Shown here in pieces: positions 22,988 to 33,383 of a DNA stretch of 64,000 bases. How positions within the stretch are numbered: the first letter of the stretch is position 1; each line of letters starts with the position of its first letter. The translations under genes were made by a program, and so were the position numbers. Source of the DNA: an uncultured bacterium. Lineage in GTDB: Bacteria; Verrucomicrobiota; Verrucomicrobiia; Limisphaerales; UBA8199. The notes under the pieces were generated by a model that did not search any database, was not told where the DNA came from, and was given only the letters and a program-made list of their open reading frames with translations. The stretch is taken from contig CAVVMW010000008.1 in the NCBI GenBank assembly GCA_963749495.1, forward strand, positions 96,001-160,000, given 5' to 3'.

Positions 22988-24166
22988 TCAAAGAGCCACG
23001 CTTTCCCACCGGGTTTGGCCCGCCGCCTCGATGGCCATCACCAGGGCTTCAAGCCAGTAACAGTCTCCCAGGCAAATGGGGGCACTGCGGGTGTAGCTCG
23101 CGAGGGTTGCGGCAGGGACCTGCGCCACCCACCGCTCGACGGGCACAATCATGCCCATCAACTCCGTCGGGATGCCCAGTCCCTCGTCGCCCGTCCACCG
23201 CGACCAGTAGGGCACTTCCCGCAGCCAGAACAACGGAAACTGCTTCAATCCCTGTTTATGGCGCTCCAGGGTTTCGGCCCTCACGTGCTCGGCCAGGTAG
23301 CGGCCAACCTCCGGGCTGAGATCGAGAAACATCCATCCCTGATAGACCAGGTTCTGCTGACGCGGCTCGTAACGCTCTGGCCAGTACTTCCGGGTGGCCG
23401 TCTCGACGGCGGTGAAATTGGTCCCCATCTGAAACGCGTTCAGCGCGTTGCTGACGGCTAACACCATCCGGGGCTTATCGTCAAAATGCCGGGCAATTCG
23501 CGCCATGGCGATATGCGCGCCCATCGTCCCGTAGAGATCGCCCTCGGCCGCCTTACGCGAGTAGAGTTCGGCGAGCTTGGAGTAACAGGTTTGAATCGTC
23601 GCCCAATCTCCGGAGCGGTCGGCATAAAGCCAAAGGCCGTAAAAGCTGCCCATCGTGGGTTTTCGCTTGCCCCACATGGACCGGTATCGGCACCATCCAC
23701 GCGGCTCATGAAAGGTGTGCAGTTCGCGTCGCGAACCCCGGTCCGGGGGGATGAAGCCTTTGAGCGCCCACGGCGCTCGTTGCTCATCTCCGATTTCAGC
23801 CCGGATGTAGCTCCTGACCTTGATGCGCTGGGAATCGGTCAAATGCGGCCACGCCATGGCCAGCGTGGTGACGATACGCCCACCCTGCCAGTACATGAAA
23901 TAGGGGTCCTGCTCCAGGTCCGCATAAACGGTCCGTATCGGCGCCAGCGGTCCGGCGGCAAGGACCTTGTCCACCTCGTCGCGGAGCTCGGTCACCAGGT
24001 TGCTCGCGGAGACGGGAACTGCCGAGCACCGGCAAGTCTCCCAGATGTACTTGTCCCAAGGGCCCTCGACGGCCCAGCCAGGCACCGGCTTGAAGCCCAC
24101 GTCAGCCAGGAACAATCCACAAATGAGGAGCATTGCCGGCCGCAGGGGTTGGTTCATGGTCTTCAT
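22988..24166 (-). CDS. Secreted hypothetical protein, helical and Trp/Tyr-rich
   Basis: 392-aa ORF with signal peptide; ATGA-coupled to the upstream gene. Confidence 0.75.
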   Translation of the reverse strand: MKTMNQPLRPAMLLICGLFLADVGFKPVPGWAVEGPWDKYIWETCRCSAVPVSASNLVTELRDEVDKVLAAGPLAPIRTVYADLEQDPYFMYWQGGRIVTTLAMAWPHLTDSQRIKVRSYIRAEIGDEQRAPWALKGFIPPDRGSRRELHTFHEPRGWCRYRSMWGKRKPTMGSFYGLWLYADRSGDWATIQTCYSKLAELYSRKAAEGDLYGTMGAHIAMARIARHFDDKPRMVLAVSNALNAFQMGTNFTAVETATRKYWPERYEPRQQNLVYQGWMFLDLSPEVGRYLAEHVRAETLERHKQGLKQFPLFWLREVPYWSRWTGDEGLGIPTELMGMIVPVERWVAQVPAATLASYTRSAPICLGDCYWLEALVMAIEAAGQTRWESVAL

Positions 24167-25692
24167 GGCGCGCGGTGCTCGATGCAGGTCACGCAGTATT
24201 CCTCAGCAAACAGCAGCTTGTCCCCGGCGATGACTACAGCCTCGCGTCCTGCGAGCTCCGGTTGGGAGTGACGCGGCAGGCCGCGCGTGTCGCTGTAAAC
24301 CACGTCGGCCAGCCAGTTGCCTCCGTCCTGGGAACGCAACGCTGCCTGGATCGCGTGAGCGGTGCTGTGCTCCAGGTCGATGACCTTTGTCCCGCGAAAG
24401 CGCTGGCGCAGGTAGAGAAAAGGTCCGCCGGCGCTCAGCGCAAAGAGGTTGTCGCTCTCCCCGGTCGTGCCGCTGAGATGTCCGTTGTCAATGGGCACGC
24501 GCAACCCGGTCGCCAGGTCAATGGCCGAGATGTCCATCGAGTAACGCGTGCCGAACGCACCTTTGGCGGTCAGCGTGGGGTGCGCGGTTTTGAACCACGC
24601 CAGGACTCGGCCTGCGCCGTCCACCACCGGCGGCGGCGCGGGAGACCCACAGCCATCCGCTGCGCCGTTGGGCACCGTAAACGGTTCGGACAGGTCGGCG
24701 GCGCGGAGCACGAAAAGATGCTTCCAAGCTGGTGAGGCGTCCGACCATTGCCCGCCATTCGTATCGCCCGAGAGCCACCGCAGGATATTGGTTTGCTCGC
24801 TCCGAATATCCGGGCTGTCGCGCATCACGCCCTCCATCACGTACTCGCTGCCGACGCAGATCGGCTGGACGGTTTGCACGAACAACAATCCATGGTGCAA
24901 CACCGGGAACAGCATGCGGAAGGACTGGCCGTTGAGCCGGGTTTTGCCGAGGACCTGGCCGTTGGTGGGATCGAGTTTATGGAAGAATATGTTCTCGGCG
25001 CCCACGTAGAGAGCCGTATCGTCGCCACAGAGGTCACTGACCACAGGCGCGCCCAAGGACGGGCTGGTCCAGAGCAGCCTGCCCGTGGAAACCTCAACGG
25101 CATAGACCCGTCCGTCGTGGCATCCGGTGAAGGCCTTGTCGCCCACAACCAAAGGAGCGCCGGTGATAGCCTTGGGCGTATCCAGGTGCCAATGCAGGCG
25201 GCCGCTGGCCGCGTCGAACCCAGCCATGCCTCCAGGGATCGCCGTTGCAACCACGACATCCTGGGCGACGGCCAGCGCGGCGCAGGTGCCACCCGGGTTC
25301 GGGCTGGCCCAAAGCGCGCGGCCGTCCTGCAAAGCAATTGCATAGACCGTTCCGTCCATGTCACCGATGAACACCCGCCCCCCGGCAGCCACTGGCTGAG
25401 CGCGCCCGGCAAACGTGAAAGGAACCCGCTCGGGCATCGGGTAGTTCACGCCCGGCTTGGTCCCCACAGCCAGGTCGTTCGGCCACGTCGGATCCGCCGC
25501 CCGGTTGCGCAACGTCTTATCCGGCCCGCACCAGATCCAGCGTGCCTGGTAGGGAGGGGCAACCCCCTTCGACGCGCAGGCGGTGCGACCGGGATCGTGC
25601 GCCAATTGCGGCCAATCAGCGTTTTCGGCGCCTCCGGCCTGAACAGCGATCAGCAGAACCAAGGACAACCCGATTCCAAAAGGTGCTTTCAT
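24163..25692 (-). CDS. PQQ-binding-like (BamB-like) beta-propeller protein, secreted
   Basis: DWPQLAHDPGRT; repeats VFIGDMDGTVYAIALQDGRALW, FDAASGRLHW, GCHDGRVYAVEVSTGRLLW; coupled to both neighbours. Confidence 0.85.
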   Translation of the reverse strand: MKAPFGIGLSLVLLIAVQAGGAENADWPQLAHDPGRTACASKGVAPPYQARWIWCGPDKTLRNRAADPTWPNDLAVGTKPGVNYPMPERVPFTFAGRAQPVAAGGRVFIGDMDGTVYAIALQDGRALWASPNPGGTCAALAVAQDVVVATAIPGGMAGFDAASGRLHWHLDTPKAITGAPLVVGDKAFTGCHDGRVYAVEVSTGRLLWTSPSLGAPVVSDLCGDDTALYVGAENIFFHKLDPTNGQVLGKTRLNGQSFRMLFPVLHHGLLFVQTVQPICVGSEYVMEGVMRDSPDIRSEQTNILRWLSGDTNGGQWSDASPAWKHLFVLRAADLSEPFTVPNGAADGCGSPAPPPVVDGAGRVLAWFKTAHPTLTAKGAFGTRYSMDISAIDLATGLRVPIDNGHLSGTTGESDNLFALSAGGPFLYLRQRFRGTKVIDLEHSTAHAIQAALRSQDGGNWLADVVYSDTRGLPRHSQPELAGREAVVIAGDKLLFAEEYCVTCIEHRAP

Positions 25693-28600
25693 GGCGTAGG
25701 AGACTTGAGCGGAGCCACCCGGAGCGAGACTTCGACCAAAACGGAACTATAGCCCTGCAGGGTGAAGACAACGGCGTCGTGCGCCGCATCCCGAAACGAG
25801 AGGCCAGGGACCTGGCTGAGCGGGGTCTCGGGCGCAAGCTCCGGCGGAATCTCGATCACCTTGGGCATTCCGACAGCGCGACGGCCCCACGAAAGGGCCA
25901 CCGCTTGCGCGGTGTCCCCGATGTTGGCCAGGCAAATGGCCAGCGCCGATTGGTCCTCGCTCAAGCCGGCGCAGGCCTGGATCTGCGTTCCGGGCGAGTT
26001 GTTCCTGGCGCTGGGCGGGCTGGGTGGACCCTGGACCCGGGCGCGCACCAACTTCGGGTAGTGGTTGGCGAAACGGCAGCAGATGTCCTTGACGGCATAA
26101 TACCGTCCCAGTCTCCAGAGCTGGCCTGCGGATTCGCAGAAAAACACATCCGGAAGATTGATCTCGGTCGGTCGCCCCAGCGCATCCGCTTTCCGCCCGC
26201 TGCAGAGGTTCACCGCGTGGTACTCAATGGCCTCGAATTGCCACCGGTCGGCCTGCTGGCAATGAACAATCCAGCCCAACACATCGGCCACCGCCTGATG
26301 GGAGCCTTCCCTGCCCCCGGCTGGATACCAGCCGCTGACGGCTTCCGGGCAGTAGGCCCACCACTCGCTGTTGACCAATTTGTTGGTGGTCCCATGCTCC
26401 AAGGCACGCAGGCAACCCAGCCACTCGTCAACCCCGGCCCGGTAGCCGGAAACCAAGCCGGGGTGCTTCAGGACAGGGTAGAAAATGCTATTGAAAATAG
26501 CCTGCACGCCGCCCGAGGGCGCTCCGGGCGTATTGAACGCGTTGCTCGCGGCCTGAAAACCGTAACAGTGCAGCGAGAGCGCATCCTGGTATTGGGTGTT
26601 GGGATTCGAAGCGGAGATTCGGCCCCGGGATAGCCGCGCAGATAACGCGGCGCTTCGCCGGCATTGGCACAGGCTGCGGATCGGAGTAAGAGCCGCCGCA
26701 AATCACCATGTGGGGATATTTGGCTTTGAGCGGGCGATAATAATCCTGTTGATGATTGGCCGCCCAATCGGCGCACAGGCGGTCGTAGTTCTTGAAATCC
26801 CTACTGTAATACCAGTAGGTGCCGGAATGAGAGCCCATCTGCCGATCGTTCATCGTGGCCAGCTCGTTGTAGACTTCAGCCAGACGCAGCTTGTCGGCCC
26901 CATGGACCGAGGCCAGGTAGTCGGCCCAATCCAGGCAATTCTGCACGCTCCAGGGGCCGGGGTCAGGGTCCACGCTGCTTGCCAGCTCCGTGGCGTTGGT
27001 TGTCCCCCGCGGCATCCCGGGCCAGGGGCCAACTCCGGCCATGTACTCGAGCATGACACCGCCGCCGTTGGCCGCCACAGCCCCGGCAGCGACTCGCCAG
27101 TCGTCGTAATGAGGGTCAGGTTTGCCCTGGTTGGGCGGCCGGCCCTGGCTGACCATCGAAGCGCCCAGAAAGCCCAGCTTCATCTCTCCGATGCAGGTGA
27201 GCCAGGTCTTGCCGTCAGGCGTCGTTCGTTTGGACCGCTCACGGTCGCTGGGATAGTCTCCGCCGGCGTAGTCGCTGGCATAAGCGGTGAGTTTTGCGCC
27301 CACACACCAGCGAGGCAGTTGGTAATACACGTCCTCCAGGCGGACCTCGACCGTGGCCGTTTTGATGGCCGCCGCGCAGGCGCGGCGCACGTATTCTTCA
27401 AAGGCCCAGTCGCCGCTGCCGCCGGTCTGGCGGGTGACGACCAAGTTGAGACTCGGCACGAAGGCGATGAGCTGCCCCCCCGAGCCGGGCTTAGCCCGGG
27501 CGTCAGCCGGGATGCCCTCCCCGCTGCGGCCGCTTTCGGGCCAGTGCCGCGCCGGCAGTTCCCAAGCATGCGAAAAGACCTGTGGGTTGAGTTTCCAGCG
27601 CAGTTCGGGAGTTTTGACCTCGCTGGTCGGTTTCGCCGTCTGGTCCACAAACCACTTGGGAATGACCTGATGGTTGTTCCAGCGGCCTTCGCGCAACAGG
27701 CAGTAAGCAATGCGTGCCAGATCGCACGCCGGCAGGCCCAACCCGTGCGAGGGGTGGCGGCCGATCCTGCCATCGTAATACTGAAACCACCAGTGCTCGA
27801 TCCCGAGCGGCTTGAACAGCACCTCGATGGCGAACTGGTCATAGGGCTTGCCGGTCACGTTCTCGCACACCAAAGCGGCGTGGTCCAGAGCGTGAGTTGA
27901 ATAACCGCAGCCCGCGCCGGGATCGAATGCCAGCTTTTCGGTGCGCGGGTCACCGGTGTGGCCCAGAATATAATCCCATGAACCGTCGTTGGGCGCGCCG
28001 GTGGCCTCGGGACAAATCCCGGAGGTATGATTGAGAAGCTGCTTGATGGTGATCTGAGCCTTGCGGGGATCACTCAGCGGCTGGGCCCAGGGGATGAAAT
28101 CGAAAGCGCGGTCGTCAAAGGTCATCTTGCGCGGGGTCCGGCCGTGTTGGCTCCACTCCGAGGCGACGGCCAGCACGGTGGCGCACACGGCTTTCGAAAC
28201 CGAGGCCACACGGCGCGAGTCGGTTGCGGCGCTATTGCCGCGTTCGACCTGCAAAACGATGTAGCCGCGCCGGATGATAACGGCAGCGAAATCGCGATCG
28301 TCTGATTTCAGGAGCCAGTCCCGCAGGCCGTCCAGTTTCGCGGGATCCATCCTTCCGACGGCCCGGATCTCCTCGGGCGCGGTGAGCCGGCGCCAGCCGC
28401 CTTGTGATTCGGGCGGCGGGAAGTAGTCGCGCGCGTTCACCTCCGTTGCGGGGTTCGCCCCAGCCGATGTCACCTTGTGCAATGCCGCGTAAAACACGGA
28501 GTCTGCCGGCAGCGCCCCGCCAAGGAAAACCGTGAGCCGGGCGTCGGTAGCGGTTTGGCGCGCCTGGAACCGGACGGTGTGTTCGGCCCAGTTCGTGCCA

Positions 28601-29310
28601 ATGGCGGGCAGCGTGGTTTCGGTGACGGCGTAAGCCGTCCACGGGGCGCCGCTTTTCATCAATGAAACTGACGCCAGCGTGCATGGCCGAGTGGCCTGGG
28701 CCCGAAAGGTGAAGAGATAATGCTCTCCTTCCTGCACCGTCAGGCCTGTAACAAACAGTTGCAGGTGGTTGGCCCGTCTGCCGGGATTCTGACAGGCCAA
28801 CCGGAGCACGGTTGCACCTTGATCTTTCTCCTTGGTGAGGGTGCAGGCCGCACCGGCTTCGTGGTGCAGCGACCATGGACCTGGGTTCAAATCGGCGTGA
28901 ACCCCGAGTGGCTCGAAGCGTAGAGGGACCGTTGCCCAAATGTCTTGGCCGGCAGGTTGCCAATCCTCGTCCCGATCGGCGGCGACCGAACCCAGGAGTA
29001 TAGGTTTGTCGCCTTCGCCAAAGGCACTGTAGGTGATGACCCCGCCGGCGTTGCCGCTGTGCGGCACGAGTTGGCCTCGCCAGGTCTGACCGCGACGAAA
29101 GAGCACTCGGTTGCCGGGAGCGAGCGTTGCTTGGTTCACCCTGGCGAGCGAGCGCCAGGCAGTTTCCGGTTTGAGCCCATCCTGAGCGTCATCGCCGCGC
29201 GTTGCGTCCACATAGAAGGCACGGACGGCTTGGGCACCGGCAGCCGTGGCTGCCACCATCCAAGCCAGCATAAGGCCCACTCCGACAATCCACGACGATC
29301 GATTCAGCAT
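25689..29310 (-). CDS. Mosaic secreted protein: truncated parallel beta-helix start, CBM4/9-like module, serine hydrolase (beta-lactamase fold), clan GH-A-like glycosidase (frameshifts ~26670 and ~26620)
   Basis: FYVDATRGDD.QDG..PETAWRSL..VN..PGNRVLFRRG; YLFTFRAQA..W.EHTVRF; ASVSK (SxxK), ITIKQLLNHTSG, YST, DLARIA; then AEVYNE, DALSLHCY, LVNSEW. Confidence 0.7.
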
Positions 29311-29584
29311 AACACGTCGGACCGCCAGTATGTCCAGCGGTCCAGCCCCAGGCAAGCCTGGGGCAGGGCAGCTATTCTTTGGATAGGGCAAGATCACGAA
29401 GCGAACCTTTCGACTTGCTCCGGTTGCGGCCGGGGCATAAACTGCGGCTGTGAACCTGCAACGCCGAACGGCAGCCCAGAGACGGGCCCATGGCACACGT
29501 CTCCACCACGACCCGCAGGACGGTGGTGGCGGTGGAGGGTTCCGTCAGCGCCCCGAATATGCTGTGTGAAAGGAACAACGACTC

Positions 29585-30539
29585 ATGCAAACCCGCAAGC
29601 CACTTGAGGAGGGAATCAGATTAACCGACAGACGCAGCTTTTTGGCGCAGGTGGCTGGATTAGCCGCCGCCACTGCGTTGAGCCCCACGCGAGCTGTGGA
29701 GGCCGCCAAAACGTCGTTGGTTTCAGCGACATTGCCCACGATTCAAATCGGCAAGCACCGCATCAGCCGCTTGGTAGCCGGCTCCAACCCAATCCTGGGC
29801 TATTCATACTCCGGCCAGCACGCGGATCGGTATATGAATGATTACTTCACCCCCGAGCGCACCGTGGAGTTCCTCCAGAATTGCGAGCGCGCGGGCATCA
29901 CGGCCCACCAGTTTGCCGACCCCGACCGCGCGCTGCCCTACCTCCGTCCGCTGCGCGAGCGCGGGAGCCGGATGTCGTTTTTCTGCCTGGATTCGCAGCG
30001 CGAGAACATCAAGGACACGGTCGGGCGCACGCAGCCCATCGCCATGGTCCATCACGGCGGCGTGACCGACCGGCTCTTTGCCGAGGGCAAGGCCGGCCTG
30101 GTCCACGATTACGTCAAGGCGGCCCACGACTGCGGCGTGCTCGCCGGCGTCTCGGCGCACAATCCAGACTGTATCAAGCGCGTGGCTGACGAAGGTTGGG
30201 AGGTGGATTTCTTCATGACTTGCTTCTACTTCCTCACCCGCCAGATGGTAAACAAGGGCGCGGAGATTCCGATGCTCGATTTCGGCTTGCCGTTCTTTCG
30301 GGACGACCCCAAGGCGATGACGGAGGTGGTCCGCCAGGTGAAACAGCCGTGTTTGGGTTTCAAGATCCTCGGCGCCGGACGGCATTGTTCGAAACCAGCA
30401 GACCGTGCGTGCGGCGTTCAAGTTCGCCTTCGAGAACATCAAGCCCACCGACGGCGTCATCGTCGGGATGTTCCCGTGGTTCTTCGATGAAATCGGCGCC
30501 AACGCAGAGTACACGCGTGATCTGGGGAAGACGGCGTAG
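29585..30539 (+). CDS. Tat-exported aldo/keto reductase-like TIM-barrel protein (frameshift near 30392)
   Basis: RRSFL Tat motif, LPTIQIGKHRISRLVAGSNP, GVSAHNP, CLGFKILGAGR; continues AFKFAFENIKPTDGVIVGMFP to TAG 30537-30539. Confidence 0.7.
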
Positions 30540-30561
30540 CGGCAAGGTACGCCCAGGGCTT

Positions 30562-30847
30562 GTGCTTAGCGCGGCCGACTACCTCATCGTCGTGGCCTAC
30601 TTCATCGTGACCGTTGCGCTGGGCTTGTACTTCGCGCGCAAATGGAAGGGCTCGGAGGTCGAGCTTTGTCGCCCTGGTTGTCGTGAGCCGGTTGACTCCT
30701 CCGCCGCCGGAGGCCGTGCGCAAGGGCGCGTTTGCTTTCGCCTGGATCGGCGGCGAGGGGGAGTCACCGCGTGATCTGAGATTTGCCGGGGCTTGGATGA
30801 TGGCCCTGTTCCTAATTGTCACCGCACTGTGGTGGTGTTTTCGCTAG
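30562..30847 (+). pseudogene. Sodium:solute symporter (SSS/SLC5) remnant: first TM helix joined to the C-terminus
   Basis: MLSAADYLIVVAYFIVTVALGLYFARK (typical SSS TM1) then, out of frame, SFVALVVVSRLTPPP...ALFLIVTALWWCFR* (typical SSS end); junction ~30658. Confidence 0.75.
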
Positions 30848-30884
30848 AACACGCGGAGGTTCGGTACACGGCTCGGTGCGTCAC

Positions 30885-30987
30885 GAATGTCCGAGACAAA
30901 AGGCTGCACCGCCTGCATAATTCGCACATGAAGGCCTACGGAGAATTCGAGGAGACGGCTTGGGAATGGACCCTGTTTCGCGTCCTG
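30885..30987 (+). promoter_or_regulatory. Putative leaderless promoter and gene start (copy 2 of the repeat at 20769)
   Basis: GAGACA(30893-30898)-17 nt-CATAAT(30916-30921)-6 nt-ATG(30928). Confidence 0.65.
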
Positions 30988-33300
30988 GTTTTGCTCGCCG
31001 GGTTCGGCGCCTCGACCTGGGGGTCCCTGGCGCAAAGCCAACCACTGGCTGACACCGCGCCCCTGACGATGTCAGGCGACATTGCTTCCAACCTCGTGGT
31101 GGGTGCCGATCGATTCCTGTTGCGCAAACTCGAGGAATCGGTGGTGGGGCGCGCCCGGTTCTGGCACAGGGATTTTTCCTCCTGGCAGGCGTACGAGCGT
31201 TCCCTCGCGACCAACCGGCAGCACCTGGCGCACATCCTGGGCGTGCGTGACCCGCGAGTCAGCCCGGTGGGACTTGAGTTGCTCGCGACTCCCACTCGCC
31301 CTGCACTCTGCGGGCGCGGCAAAGACTACGAGGTGTTTGCCGTCCGCTGGCCGGCCTTCGGTGATGTAACCGGCGAAGGCTTGCTGCTCACCCCGATCAA
31401 TCGCGCTCCGATCGCCAACATCGTCGCCCTTCCGGACGCCGACCAGATCCCTGAGCAACTGGTCGGCTTGAGCGAGGGCATTGCGCCCGAGAGCCAGTTT
31501 GCGCGGCGCCTGGCCGAGAGCGGATGTCGCGTCATCGTTCCCGTATTGATCGACCGCGGCGTCGATCCGCAGGCTTTGCTTTCGCACCGAGAGTTCATTT
31601 GCCGCTCGGCCTTTGAACTGGGCCGGCACCTGATCGGTTACGAGATTCAAAAAGTGCTGGCGGCCACAGACTGGATGGCCAACCAAACTCCCAATCCCGG
31701 CGTCAAAATAGGCGTGCTCGGCTGGGGCGAAGGCGGCCTGCTGGCGTTTTATGCCGGTGCGTTGGACACGCGCATCAATGCGGTGTGCGTCAGCGGATAT
31801 TTCGGTGATCGCCTCAAGCTCTGGCAGCAACCCGTCGACCGCAACGTCTTTGGCCTGTTGCGGGAATTTGGCGATGCGGAGCTCGCGGCCATGATTGCTC
31901 CGCGCAGCCTCATCATCGAAGCGGCCCGGGGGCCGGAGGTGACACTCCGGGGCGGGGGCGGGTGGGAGGCGCCCCAACGGTTCAACGGTGCGCCGGCCGT
32001 CCTCGCGACGCCAACGCTCAATGAGGTTCGCTCGGAATTTGAGCGGGCCCGTGGGCTGGTAGCTGGGCTGAAGCCATCGCCGCAGTTGGAGTTGGCCATC
32101 AGCGGCGACACTGGGGCGGGCTCGTTTGGCAGTGAGCAGGCTTTGGGTGCGTTCTTGACTGCGCTGGCCGGCCAGGCCCGCCTTATGCCGGCTGGTTCGG
32201 GGCCTGAGAAGTTGTGGACTGACTTTGACCCGGCAGGACGCCAGGCCCGGCAGTTGCACGAGTTGGATCGACACAACCAGAAACTGCTGGCCGAGAGCCC
32301 TTACACGCGCCAGAAATTCATGGCCAACCTGGATACCACGTCGCCGGAGAAATTCCGCCAGAGTGCCGAGAGCTATCGCCATTTCTTTTACGACGAGGTG
32401 ATTGGGCGTTTCGACGAGCCCCTGCTGCCGGCTAATCCCCGTTCACGAGTGAAGTATGACCAGCCCAAGTGGACTGGTTATGAGGTCGTGCTGGATGTCT
32501 TTCCGGACGTGATCGCTTATGGGGTCCTGCTGTTGCCCAAAGACCTCAAACCCGGTGAACGGCGGCCCGTCGTAGTTTGCCAGCACGGCCTGGAGGGCCG
32601 GCCGGAAGACACGATCACGGGCAACTCCGGAGCCTATCACGATTTTGCCGCCAGGTTGTGCGAACAGGGCTTCATCACGTTCGCGCCTCAGAACTTGTAT
32701 CTCTTCCGTGACCGCTTTCGCACCCTTCAACGCAAGGCCAATCCGTTGGGCAAGACCCTGTACTCGCTCATCGTGCCTCAGCACCAGCAAATCACTGAAT
32801 GGCTCAAGGCGCAGCCGTTTGTGGACCCGGCGCGGATTGGCTTTTACGGCCTGAGCTACGGCGGCAAGACGGCCATGCGCGTACCGGCCCTGGTGACCAA
32901 CTACTGCCTGTCCATCTGTTCGGGCGATTTCAACGATTGGGTGTGGAAATGCGCGTCCACCCTCAGCCCTTACAGTTATGTCCGGATGCCCGAATATGAA
33001 ATCTTCGAGTTCGACCTGGGCAGCACTTTCAATTACGCCGAAATGGCGGCCTTGATCGCCCCACGCCCATTCATGGTCGAACGCGGACATTTCGACGGGG
33101 TGGCGCCGGACGAAACCGTGGCGTACGAGTTCGCCAAAACGCGGTTTCTTTATGAGGCCCGGTTGGGACTTCGCGACCGATGCGCCATCGAGTGGTTCAC
33201 CGGCCCCCATACAATCAACGGCAAGGGGACTTTTGACTTTTTGCACCGGCATCTGGATTGGCCGGTCGCCGGCGCCTCGCCGCAGGCAAAAGCCCCGTAG
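30928..33300 (+). CDS. Tandem alpha/beta-hydrolase (dienelactone hydrolase / acetyl xylan esterase-like) protein
   Basis: Two hydrolase domains: IGVLGWGEGG (no Ser nucleophile) and PVVVCQHG...RIGFYGLSYGG...ALIAPRP..ERGHFD..GPH. Confidence 0.85.
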   Translation: MKAYGEFEETAWEWTLFRVLVLLAGFGASTWGSLAQSQPLADTAPLTMSGDIASNLVVGADRFLLRKLEESVVGRARFWHRDFSSWQAYERSLATNRQHLAHILGVRDPRVSPVGLELLATPTRPALCGRGKDYEVFAVRWPAFGDVTGEGLLLTPINRAPIANIVALPDADQIPEQLVGLSEGIAPESQFARRLAESGCRVIVPVLIDRGVDPQALLSHREFICRSAFELGRHLIGYEIQKVLAATDWMANQTPNPGVKIGVLGWGEGGLLAFYAGALDTRINAVCVSGYFGDRLKLWQQPVDRNVFGLLREFGDAELAAMIAPRSLIIEAARGPEVTLRGGGGWEAPQRFNGAPAVLATPTLNEVRSEFERARGLVAGLKPSPQLELAISGDTGAGSFGSEQALGAFLTALAGQARLMPAGSGPEKLWTDFDPAGRQARQLHELDRHNQKLLAESPYTRQKFMANLDTTSPEKFRQSAESYRHFFYDEVIGRFDEPLLPANPRSRVKYDQPKWTGYEVVLDVFPDVIAYGVLLLPKDLKPGERRPVVVCQHGLEGRPEDTITGNSGAYHDFAARLCEQGFITFAPQNLYLFRDRFRTLQRKANPLGKTLYSLIVPQHQQITEWLKAQPFVDPARIGFYGLSYGGKTAMRVPALVTNYCLSICSGDFNDWVWKCASTLSPYSYVRMPEYEIFEFDLGSTFNYAEMAALIAPRPFMVERGHFDGVAPDETVAYEFAKTRFLYEARLGLRDRCAIEWFTGPHTINGKGTFDFLHRHLDWPVAGASPQAKAP

Positions 33301-33383
33301 CGGCTTGGGTCCCGGAGTCTCCATGAACCCGAATCCGACATTTCCTTAAAGCGAATGAACAAACCAACAGCGCTTTGTCTTGC

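Noticed and set aside
27360..28440. SxxK beta-lactamase-fold domains (also 47761-48357) as antibiotic resistance genes
   Set aside because: Generic serine-hydrolase family in a CAZyme context; one is internally deleted; no class A/C/D-specific evidence.
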